Below, in pieces: positions 33,277 through 40,228 of a DNA stretch of 43,576 nucleotides (positions are counted from its first letter, which is position 1; the number at the start of each line of letters is the position of its first letter). The stretch covers positions 1 through 43,576 of the IMG/VR virus record IMGVR_UViG_3300045988_004347; one strand, written 5' to 3'. A model generated the notes under the pieces. That model was not told the origin of the DNA. It did not search any database and was given only the letters and a program-made list of their open reading frames with translations. Made by a program: the position numbers and the translations under genes. The stretch comes from a virus.

Positions 33277-33362
33277 CGCCCCAGCGCCTCCACGCCCTTG
33301 ACGATAGCCCAGCTCAGCCACGCCGCGCCGATAAACGCCAGCGTCCATGCAAACAAACTCAT
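33273..33362 (-). CDS. Small hydrophobic peptide (29 aa)
   Basis: AGGAGGAAACGAC precedes the ATG. Product is MSLFAWTLAFIGAAWLSWAIVKGVEALGR. The stop overlaps the next start (ATGA). Confidence 0.4.
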   Translation of the reverse strand: MSLFAWTLAFIGAAWLSWAIVKGVEALGR

Positions 33363-33710
33363 GTCGTTTCCTCCTTATGCCTCTGCGTGTCATTACAAAT
33401 CTTTGCTACTCATTGCCGTGCCGTTGCAACACGTTACTTATCTGTTCTGTGCTTATCCTCTGCAATTCTAATCAAGGCGTATCCATGTATCGCCTTTGCT
33501 TTGTGTAATTTCACATCGCAATTCTCAGCCCTGCCCTTCCATTGCATTGCCATACTTTGCTCTACGCCGCGTCGCCTTGCCTTTGCTATGCACAGCCGCG
33601 CTTCGGCTCTCCATTCATCGCCGTTGCGAAACTTGGCTATGCCATTCGTAGCATTGCCATTGCGTCACCACGCTAAGCCACGCTGTTCTATTCCTTGCAT
33701 TTCCGTCGCG

Positions 33711-34304
33711 TTACGAAATTTCCTCCCAGCGAAAACGCCCTTTCCCGCTGTTTCGCCACTGACCAATGCCGGAAAACCGACCGTAGTCCAGCCACTCCCG
33801 CACAGCTTTCTCGTGATCGTCGCACAGGCACACTACGGTGAACTCGCACGTTGCCCCTGCGGGTATCTGCTCGGACAGCGCAAGGCTCACTCGCTCACCC
33901 TGCATCGTCTGCGCCCGCAGCGGGCGGCAGCACTCGCCCATCTCGCCGTCAAACAGGATAGGGATAGTACGAGGCTCCACGAAAATCAGTTTGTCGATCT
34001 CCTTCTTGAACGCCTTGATGCCGCTGGACGTAGTTCCTTTAACCTTCCGCAGACCGCCGCAAGTGTCCTTGAAGAACCCCTTGATCTGATAGTCGTAGAA
34101 AAACGGTGTCCCATCGTCCAGTTTTGGGAAGATGGTCTTGCCCTTCTCCACCACGCCATCCACGCCGATGGCGGCCACTTCGTCCTCCATCGTGGCCGCA
34201 TCCGGGGAATTGCTTGCCACGAATGCACGATAGATGTCAGGATCGCCAGGGCAAGTGCCCAAAACCGGCTCGGTAAACGTCAGCTTTACTTTAATCTCTT
34301 TCAT
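33711..34304 (-). CDS. Early protein of unknown function with a RAMP-like glycine-rich loop
   Basis: Start is MKEIKVKLTFTEPVLGT at 34304 (AGGAGG RBS). The C-terminus is YGRFSGIGQWRNSGKGRFRWEEI. Confidence 0.65.
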   Translation of the reverse strand: MKEIKVKLTFTEPVLGTCPGDPDIYRAFVASNSPDAATMEDEVAAIGVDGVVEKGKTIFPKLDDGTPFFYDYQIKGFFKDTCGGLRKVKGTTSSGIKAFKKEIDKLIFVEPRTIPILFDGEMGECCRPLRAQTMQGERVSLALSEQIPAGATCEFTVVCLCDDHEKAVREWLDYGRFSGIGQWRNSGKGRFRWEEIS

Positions 34305-34396
34305 TCTTTTTCCTCCTGCCGAATGTACTCGACCTCGATAATTTCCATTCCGTTCTGCCGTGCCCATAACATCACGGCAATTTCAGCACACGTCAT
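34301..34396 (-). CDS. Possible 31-aa leader peptide
   Basis: Product is MTCAEIAVMLWARQNGMEIIEVEYIRQEEKE. It is ATGA-coupled to the next gene and has only a weak RBS (GAGGAAAGG). Confidence 0.3.
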   Translation of the reverse strand: MTCAEIAVMLWARQNGMEIIEVEYIRQEEKE

Positions 34397-34402
34397 AATC
34401 TC

Positions 34403-34506
34403 TTGCCTTTCCTCTGCGGTCGTGGTATACTATCCGCAGAACATTTTGGTAGATGTTTCGGAGACGCCCTGTCCAGTGCCGCAACCACTGGGCGGGGCTT
34501 TTTCTT
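34403..34506 (+). ncRNA. Candidate ~65-nt antisense sRNA, shown as promoter through terminator
   Basis: TTGCCT, a 17-nt spacer, then TGG-TATACT (34403-34431). A hairpin GAACAT/ATGTTT follows. The terminator is GCCC..CCAGTG-CCGCAAC-CACTGG..GGGC plus TTTTTCTT, ending at the cro-like stop. Confidence 0.45.
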
Positions 34507-34708
34507 ACCCCTGCGGCATCGTCCCCATCAGTTCCTCAACCTTCACGCCGTAGTGCTTTGCAACCAGCTTCGCGTGCTTCGGGTGCGGCTTGATGCCGTT
34601 CTTCCAGTTCGTAATGGACGTCTGATGTACGCCGATAGCCTTTGCCAGTCGGTAACTCGTCTCGCCGTGTTCCTCCTGCAACCGTGCGAGGTTTTCACCA
34701 AATCCCAA
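34505..34708 (-). CDS. Cro-like XRE-family HTH protein
   Basis: 67 aa with a TTG start 5 nt after GGAGGTGAT. The HTH is ETSYRLAKAIGVHQTSITNWKNG. It is divergent from the CI-like gene. Confidence 0.8.
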   Translation of the reverse strand: MGFGENLARLQEEHGETSYRLAKAIGVHQTSITNWKNGIKPHPKHAKLVAKHYGVKVEELMGTMPQG

Positions 34709-34845
34709 AATATCACCTCCAAAGTTAGATTATTTTCTTGACAAATTAGAGTATTTGTGATAGTTTGGTTTTGCTACAAACTTTCCTATCACGCCAGCCC
34801 TATTTATCGGGGTGGTGCAGGTTTTTGTTGCCTGTCCACGGTCTA

Positions 34846-34874
34846 ATTATAGTCGAACTTCAACCAAAAATCAA
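34846..34874 (-). promoter_or_regulatory. Early (cro-side) promoter
   Basis: On the minus strand: TTGATT, a 17-nt spacer, then TATAAT. Confidence 0.6.
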
Positions 34875-34878
34875 CTGT

Positions 34879-34918
34879 AATTCGACCATCAATTTAACCA
34901 AAATTCGACCGTTAATTT
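34879..34918. promoter_or_regulatory. Two direct repeats AATTCGACCnTnAATTT, candidate operators
   Basis: Copies at 34879-34895 and 34902-34918, just upstream of the CI-like ATG. A further inverted repeat GTGATAG...CTATCAC lies at 34757-34792. Confidence 0.4.
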
Positions 34919-34919
34919 T

Positions 34920-35282
34920 ATGGGATTTACCGAAAACTTTAATTACTGCATGGAGCAGCGCAATTATTCTGCGTACAGATTTGCAAAAATTCTTGGCGTC
35001 AATATTCAAAGCCCTGTTAATTGGAAAACCGGCGCTTCAATCCCCCATTACGGGACGCGCCAGAAGATTGCTGAGCATTTCGGCATCACTCTTGCGGAGC
35101 TGGACGGTGACGAACTGCCCGTCCTGCCGCCAGAAGGCGCAAAAAAAGCCCCCGCCACAGAGGGCGAGGGCTATGATGACAAAATAACTCGGTTGTATAC
35201 CCAACTTCCTAAATTATCAGATCGCCAGCGCGAAATGATATTAGGGATTGTAGATGAAATGCTAAAAAATGGGGAAGCTTAA
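34920..35282 (+). CDS. CI-like XRE-family repressor
   Basis: 120 aa. The HTH is YSAYRFAKILGVNIQSPVNWKTG. The gene faces the cro-like gene. No Shine-Dalgarno sequence is visible. Confidence 0.75.
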   Translation: MGFTENFNYCMEQRNYSAYRFAKILGVNIQSPVNWKTGASIPHYGTRQKIAEHFGITLAELDGDELPVLPPEGAKKAPATEGEGYDDKITRLYTQLPKLSDRQREMILGIVDEMLKNGEA

Positions 35283-35490
35283 TAGACAGCCTCGACATGA
35301 GGCATACGGTGTAAGCGAATATTGCTACAATAAGTATTTGAAAAAATACGATAAGTGTGCGCCGGAAAACATTAAAAAAGAAAAAGAAAAGAAAGCAAAG
35401 TCCAATCAAGACTGGTTGTCTAAGAATTGGATACCTTTGCTCTCTCTGCTTGTTGCTATAGCTGCATTAATAGTATCGCTACTGCGTTAA
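35269..35490 (+). CDS. Small K-rich protein with a C-terminal TM helix
   Basis: 73 aa with the TM helix NWIPLLSLLVAIAALIVSLLR. It sits in a very AT-rich segment: one hand-counted line gave 18/60 G+C. Confidence 0.45.
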   Translation: MGKLNRQPRHEAYGVSEYCYNKYLKKYDKCAPENIKKEKEKKAKSNQDWLSKNWIPLLSLLVAIAALIVSLLR

Positions 35491-35665
35491 ACAGCGTCGA
35501 TGCGGCCAGAACAAGAAGTAACTTTTCTATGCGTTCAAGCCGGTTTTCGTTTTCAATACTTTGAAACACGAGCGCCATTTGTATTTCCTTGTGATCTGCA
35601 TCGCTCATGTTGCGCACGTTTGCGTTATCTGCCAAGTAATCAGCGCTCGTTTTTTGACAACTCAT
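35456..35665 (-). CDS. Small protein with a C-terminal TM helix
   Basis: 69 aa. Its start overlaps the upstream 54-aa ORF, and it converges on 35269..35490 with a 35-nt overlap. Confidence 0.45.
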   Translation of the reverse strand: MSCQKTSADYLADNANVRNMSDADHKEIQMALVFQSIENENRLERIEKLLLVLAASTLFNAVAILLMQL

Positions 35666-35804
35666 ATTCCACCACCTTAATCAACTCGTCCAACTGGTTA
35701 TCGGTAAGAAGCAGTATTTTTTTCTTGAGCAGCCCCAACACGTCTTGTGTTGCAACTGCTGCCAAATCCATTTTATCACGCCCCGCTGTTTTGGTACAAT
35801 ACAT
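35640..35804 (-). CDS. Small 54-aa protein
   Basis: Below the track cut-off. AAGGGGAGAGAA precedes the ATG. Product is MYCTKTAGRDKMDLAAVATQDVLGLLKKKILLLTDNQLDELIKVVEYELSKNER. Confidence 0.4.
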   Translation of the reverse strand: MYCTKTAGRDKMDLAAVATQDVLGLLKKKILLLTDNQLDELIKVVEYELSKNER

Positions 35805-36140
35805 TTCTCTCCCCTTTCTTAATTTGACATATTATTTTCTCGGTGTACAACTAAATTTGTACACTTATAGTTACGCACAAGCTGTTTGTTGCCCACAAAT
35901 GGGCAACAAATTAAAAAATATTTCAGGGGGAAGTGTTTATATGTGGGCCTTTGTTAAATAGCCCCGCTGCTCCCGCAACGGACAGCGGGGCTATTCTCGC
36001 CGGTGGCCTCCCGGCTTTCCGGCTGCACGTTCACACTAACAAATCAGGGTTTGGCAGGGCAATACCAAATTCGGATAATTACCGTTTGCGGCAAACCAGA
36101 ATTGGAATTCTCCTGCCCGAAAAAGGAGTAAAAGGGGAAA

Positions 36141-36752
36141 ATGGTAAAAACATTACAGGATTTGTGCAAAGATGCAAAAGACCGACAGAATTTAACTATA
36201 CAAGATTTGTCCGACATGACGGACATTTCAGCATCAACCATAAGCAATTTTTTCTCCGCGTCATCAAAGGAGCCGAGCGTGTACAAAATGGGTTTAATTT
36301 GTGCCGCGCTTGGCGTTTCAATGGATGAATATTTCGGGATTGAAAAAGAAGTGACAACGGAAGATGAGTTAGCACAAGCCAACGAAAAGCTGGCGCACCA
36401 AAAGCAGCTGCATGATGCCAATGTGCAGATAGCCCATCTTGAGGGCGGCATGGAGCAGATGGCAAAAACCATTAACTACCACCGCAAGAAATCGCGGGAC
36501 ACAAAATTTGCTATTTATGGCCTTACGTTTTTGTGCGCCATATTTATGGCTGTTATCGTGGGATATATCTTTTTTGACTACCGTATCCCCCACCAGGGGC
36601 TTATTCAGGGCGGAGAGGCCAGTATATTCGCATGGATTGTCTTTTTGCTGCTTGCGGTCGGTATTGGCTTTTTTGCCGCTATTTTGATGATGTATTTTCG
36701 CTATGCAAAAAAGTATACATTGTCGCCAGATAAGGGAGGAGATAAACAATGA
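36141..36752 (+). CDS. XRE-type HTH protein with a coiled coil and two C-terminal TM helices
   Basis: 203 aa with the HTH LTIQDLSDMTDISASTISNFFS. The TM helices are FAIYGLTFLCAIFMAVIVGYIFF and IFAWIVFLLLAVGIGFFAAILMM. The stop overlaps the int ATG (ATGA). Confidence 0.7.
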   Translation: MVKTLQDLCKDAKDRQNLTIQDLSDMTDISASTISNFFSASSKEPSVYKMGLICAALGVSMDEYFGIEKEVTTEDELAQANEKLAHQKQLHDANVQIAHLEGGMEQMAKTINYHRKKSRDTKFAIYGLTFLCAIFMAVIVGYIFFDYRIPHQGLIQGGEASIFAWIVFLLLAVGIGFFAAILMMYFRYAKKYTLSPDKGGDKQ

Positions 36753-38071
36753 ATGTAGTATTGCGGGCAGCATTATACCCGCGTGTGTCCACGGAAGAAC
36801 AGAAAAAGTTTGGCTTGTCTATTCACGATCAGCAGAACGACCTCGAAGAATACGCCAAAGCCCACAATATGAAGGTGGTAGGCGTTTTCCAGGATGCCGG
36901 GTTTTCCGCCAGAAAGAAGATTGAAAAGCGTCCCGCCATGCTTCAACTGCTGGAAGCCGTCAAGCGTGATGAGGTAGACATTATTCTTGTCACAAAGCTG
37001 GACCGGTGGTTTCGCAACATCGGCGAGTATTACAAAGTGCAGGAAATCCTTGAAGCCCACAACGTGTCGTGGAAAACGATTTATGAGGACTACGACACGT
37101 CTACAGCCGCAGGCCGGTTGAAGATTAACATTATGCTTTCCGTAGCACAGGACGAAGCTGACCGCGCCAGTGAACGCATAAAAAAAGTGCTTGATGCAAA
37201 AAAAGATCGAAATGAGGTTTGCACCGGTCATCTGCCGAAAGGATACAAAATTGAAGGGAAATTTGCTGTTATAGACAAAGAGGCAGAACCGATTATACGG
37301 AGATACTTCTCTACATTTTTGGAAACCGGCTCCATAACAAAAGCGATGGACGCAGTACCGGAATTAAAACTTAAATACCAAACAGCCAGCCAAATGTTGG
37401 ACAACACAGGATACACGGGAGACTGGCACGGGATAAAATTACCCCCGTATTTAACACCGCAGGAATTTCAGCGTGTGCAAGACTTACGCACGAGGGTGAC
37501 GCGAAAATCCCCTTACAATCGAACGTATATTTTCTCGGGGCTAATAGTCTGCGGGGAATGCGGACGCAGAATGACAGGGCATCCGTCTCCACGCCCAAGC
37601 GGGGCGTGCTCTTACTCTTACTATTGTCAAGGGTCTGCCCAGAGAAAAGGATGCAACAACGGTAATTTTACTGTCGAATGGAAAATCGAAGATTATCTCT
37701 TGTCGACAATAGACGAGCAGATACAGATCAAATTGCAAGCCAAGCCGCGGCAAGAACCCAAAGCAAACAAAGATGTGCAATTAAAGGCTTTACAAAAAAA
37801 ACTATCCAAGTTGTCAGAGTTATATATAGACGACATGATTTCAAAGGCGGACTACTCAAAAAAGTATGCAGAACTGACATCACAAATGGATGAGATTACA
37901 CAGGTAAAATCACAAAGCCGCGCACCAGAAGAAATTGCAACCTTATTTTCCGCAGGATGGCAAGAAATATACAAACAACTTAACAAAGAAAATAAACAAG
38001 CATTTTGGAAACTCAAAATAAAAGAAATCCGGCTATACAAAGACCGCCGGATTGAATTTGATTTTCTGTAA
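36749..38071 (+). CDS. int: Large serine recombinase (integrase)
   Basis: 440 aa. The resolvase-type N-terminus is AALYPRVSTEEQ, followed by ...VTKLDRWFRN, a recombinase domain, the zinc ribbon CGECGRRMTG...C and a coiled-coil C-terminus. Confidence 0.9.
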   Translation: MNVVLRAALYPRVSTEEQKKFGLSIHDQQNDLEEYAKAHNMKVVGVFQDAGFSARKKIEKRPAMLQLLEAVKRDEVDIILVTKLDRWFRNIGEYYKVQEILEAHNVSWKTIYEDYDTSTAAGRLKINIMLSVAQDEADRASERIKKVLDAKKDRNEVCTGHLPKGYKIEGKFAVIDKEAEPIIRRYFSTFLETGSITKAMDAVPELKLKYQTASQMLDNTGYTGDWHGIKLPPYLTPQEFQRVQDLRTRVTRKSPYNRTYIFSGLIVCGECGRRMTGHPSPRPSGACSYSYYCQGSAQRKGCNNGNFTVEWKIEDYLLSTIDEQIQIKLQAKPRQEPKANKDVQLKALQKKLSKLSELYIDDMISKADYSKKYAELTSQMDEITQVKSQSRAPEEIATLFSAGWQEIYKQLNKENKQAFWKLKIKEIRLYKDRRIEFDFL

Positions 38072-38072
38072 T

Positions 38073-38114
38073 TACTTAGTTTATATAACCCGTTAGGTTG
38101 CATAAAACTAAGTA
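38073..38114. other. Candidate attP: imperfect dyad directly after int
   Basis: TACTTAGTTT(at) ... AACC-CGTTA-GGTT ... AAACTAAGTA. The 10-bp outer arms are perfect inverted repeats around an inner dyad. No T-run follows, so it is not a simple terminator. Confidence 0.35.
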
Positions 38115-38125
38115 CACAAGAATAT

Positions 38126-38147
38126 CCCCCGCCAAAACAGGCGGGGG
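38126..38147. terminator. Hairpin between the convergent int gene and the accessory operon
   Basis: 8-bp stem CCCCCGCC/GGCGGGGG with loop AAAACA. Both flanks are only weakly T-rich. Confidence 0.5.
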
Positions 38148-38152
38148 ATACT

Positions 38153-38467
38153 TTATCCTCGCATCTTTCGCATCACGTTATCATACATTCGCGCGTTGGT
38201 CACTTTCAGCGCATCCATCAACTCGTCCACTATGGCCCACGCCTGTTCCGGCGCGCGGGATGATACCGCTTGCATGAAGTCACTGTCACCGTCTACCACA
38301 TCAGGAGCCGGTGCGCTGGAATACATAGCCATTGGTGCAGGGTTTCTCTGCCCTTCGTGCTGGTTTTGTATAATGTACAGCGCGGCCAACTTCTCGTAGT
38401 TCGGCCAGCTTGACTGTTCCGTTTCCAGTCTGGCTATCCAGGCTTTAAGTTCCTTTTCGTCGATCAA
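38153..38467 (-). CDS. Accessory operon gene 8, hypothetical (104 aa)
   Basis: TTG start after GAGGGGG. Sequence includes ...SDFMQAVSSRAPEQAWAIVDELMDALKVTNARMYDNVMRKM. Confidence 0.6.
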   Translation of the reverse strand: MIDEKELKAWIARLETEQSSWPNYEKLAALYIIQNQHEGQRNPAPMAMYSSAPAPDVVDGDSDFMQAVSSRAPEQAWAIVDELMDALKVTNARMYDNVMRKMRG

Positions 38468-38483
38468 GGGGAACTACCCCCTC

Positions 38484-38900
38484 TCAGCCCTCCACGGCAT
38501 CCATACACCGCTGAATGGCGTTGCGGATGGTATCATCATCCGCATTGTCCAGCATCTCTTGCAGCTGGCGCTTCATGTCATCTTTTGCGCCGTCGCGGCT
38601 ATAATGACCGCGCACATAATGGGTGCCACGTCGTGCGTAGGAGCTGCCGCCGCCGTAGCTGTCGCGGGAATACCTGCGCTGGGAATAGTCGCCGTCGCGG
38701 GAGTAACGCCGCTGGGAATAATCGCCGTCACGGCTGTACCCTTCATCTTCCATCAGATCGATTTTGTCGATGTTCTTGATGGTGCTTACCAGCTTATGCG
38801 CGATGTCCAAATCCCCGGCGCCCAGCTCTCCTTTGTGGGCGATCTCGTCAAGCTCCTTGCACAGCATATCGCGCAAATCGTACATTGCTTTCATACTCAT
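38484..38900 (-). CDS. Accessory operon gene 7, R/S/Y-repeat protein (138 aa)
   Basis: AAAGGAG RBS. The helical ends flank the low-complexity core GYSRDGDYSQRRYSRDGDYSQRRYSRDSYGGGSSYARRGTHYVRGHYSRDG. Confidence 0.7.
   Translation of the reverse strand: MSMKAMYDLRDMLCKELDEIAHKGELGAGDLDIAHKLVSTIKNIDKIDLMEDEGYSRDGDYSQRRYSRDGDYSQRRYSRDSYGGGSSYARRGTHYVRGHYSRDGAKDDMKRQLQEMLDNADDDTIRNAIQRCMDAVEG
38661..38726. repeat. 2 x 33-bp imperfect tandem repeat
   Basis: gtcgcgggaatacctgcgctgggaatagtcgcc / gtcgcgggagtaacgccgctgggaataatcgcc, encoding RDGDYSQRRYS twice. Confidence 0.8.
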
Positions 38901-38912
38901 AGTTTACTCCTT

Positions 38913-39344
38913 TCAGCTTACGCGGTCAACGGTCAAGTTGGAGTTAACGAAATTGATTGCCTGTGTGCTGGTGTTCTCCATAGCCACAGTCAGGCAACAG
39001 CCCTTCGGCACCTCCACAATGGCGCTGACATAAATGTTGAAATAGTTTTCCACGGCGGCGGGGGTAACAGTCGCCACGGCACTGGTCAGCGGTTCCCCAT
39101 TGATAGCCAGCGCGGCGGTAATAGCTTCCACCGTGCCACCGGTAGGGATAGCGATGTTGCCGCCAAAAGCTACGCGAAAACGTGCCTTGCACTGGTTTGT
39201 CAACCCGCGCAAAGTTACGATGCCTGCTCCGGCTCGATGCACGATGCACGGTTTGTTGTTGACCGCAGTTTCCGTCAGGGGAACGTTCTGCCCAGCAGCA
39301 ACGGTCTGAATTGCCGCAGAAGTAAATTCTGCCATTAAAATCAT
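38913..39344 (-). CDS. Accessory operon gene 6, beta-rich protein (possibly BclA/C1q-like fold)
   Basis: 143-aa ORF. The likelier start is MAEFTS at 39335. The pattern AIQTVAAGQNVPL...GIVTLRG...FRVAFGGNIA...ALAINGEPL...CLTVAMENTS...NLTVDRV resembles exosporium BclA C-terminal-type domains. This was judged by eye only. Confidence 0.65.
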   Translation of the reverse strand: MILMAEFTSAAIQTVAAGQNVPLTETAVNNKPCIVHRAGAGIVTLRGLTNQCKARFRVAFGGNIAIPTGGTVEAITAALAINGEPLTSAVATVTPAAVENYFNIYVSAIVEVPKGCCLTVAMENTSTQAINFVNSNLTVDRVS

Positions 39345-39354
39345 TCCTTTCTCA

Positions 39355-39388
39355 GTTAAAATAAGCGGCGGAGCTATTGCCCCGCCGC
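39355..39388 (-). terminator. Intrinsic terminator inside the accessory operon
   Basis: 7-bp stem GCGGCGG/CCGCCGC, then TTATTTTAAC on the minus strand. It is preceded by the GTTCGGAAATTCCGAAC palindrome. Confidence 0.55.
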
Positions 39389-39455
39389 GTTGGTGTCAGT
39401 ATCAGCACGGGGCTGAACAGTTCGGAAATTCCGAACAGCTGGTGCTATGCAGTTG

Positions 39456-40175
39456 TCAGCAGCCGCAGCAGCCGGTATAACTGCCGCTTGCCCACGGGTT
39501 GCAGGACGGGTAACTGGGAATGGGCGTGGGCCGCAGCTGGGAGATCAGGTAGTTGTTCTGCGCAGCCTGAGAAGCGGCAAGGCGCAGCTCCTGATTGGCA
39601 CTTTCCAGATCGCGCATCTTGCTCTGCGTCAGGAAGTCAAGGATAGCGCGACTATTCTGGTTCTGGTTGTCGATGATGTCACGCGCAGCGGTGTTGACCG
39701 TGTTGCGGGTATCGCAAGCCTGCGTCGCCATATCGTACCGCACCTGGGCGATAGCCGCCCGGTTCTCGCAGCAGCACTCCTGGTTCTGCATCTGCATGGC
39801 GTTGAGCTGCTGCATGAGCGCCGCCTGCTGGTTGCTGCGGGAAAGCTCGGCCTGTGCAAAGCCGTTTGCCATCGCCATGTTGGTGCCGTTGACAAGCTGC
39901 GCCTGCTGGTAAAATCCGTCGCAAAGGCCCTGATTTACGCTGTCGATCTTGCGCTCGACATTGGCAAAGTCAGAGGTCAGAACATAACCGTCCATCACGC
40001 CGTTGCCGCCGCCACCGAAGCCAAAGCCGTTACCCCAGCCGCCGAACGCAGCGAAAATGAGGAACAGCACGATCCACCACGCGCCATCGCCGCCCCAGCC
40101 GAAGCCGTTACCGTTGCTGGTGTTGGCAGGAGCCACAGGCATAGTCATCATGGGGGTGCCATCGGAAAGAGACAT
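39456..40175 (-). CDS. Accessory operon gene 5, Gly/aromatic-rich single-TM protein with a Q/N coiled coil and Cys-rich tail
   Basis: 239 aa with an AAAGGAG RBS. Features are NGNGFGWGGDGAWWIVLFLIFAAFGGWGNGFGFGGGGNG, ECCCENR, and the C-terminus CNPWASGSYTGCCGC. Confidence 0.7.
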   Translation of the reverse strand: MSLSDGTPMMTMPVAPANTSNGNGFGWGGDGAWWIVLFLIFAAFGGWGNGFGFGGGGNGVMDGYVLTSDFANVERKIDSVNQGLCDGFYQQAQLVNGTNMAMANGFAQAELSRSNQQAALMQQLNAMQMQNQECCCENRAAIAQVRYDMATQACDTRNTVNTAARDIIDNQNQNSRAILDFLTQSKMRDLESANQELRLAASQAAQNNYLISQLRPTPIPSYPSCNPWASGSYTGCCGC

Positions 40176-40228
40176 AGTATCACTCCTTTTGAAAATTTTT
40201 TATATCAAACCGTGGCCACGATTTTGAT

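Noticed and set aside
39365-39388. A third copy of the pre-terminator box, based on the shared GGGCAATAG.
   Set aside because: Only a 9-mer is shared, and here it sits in the hairpin loop rather than upstream. A 9-mer match is plausible by chance in 87 kb of two-strand sequence.
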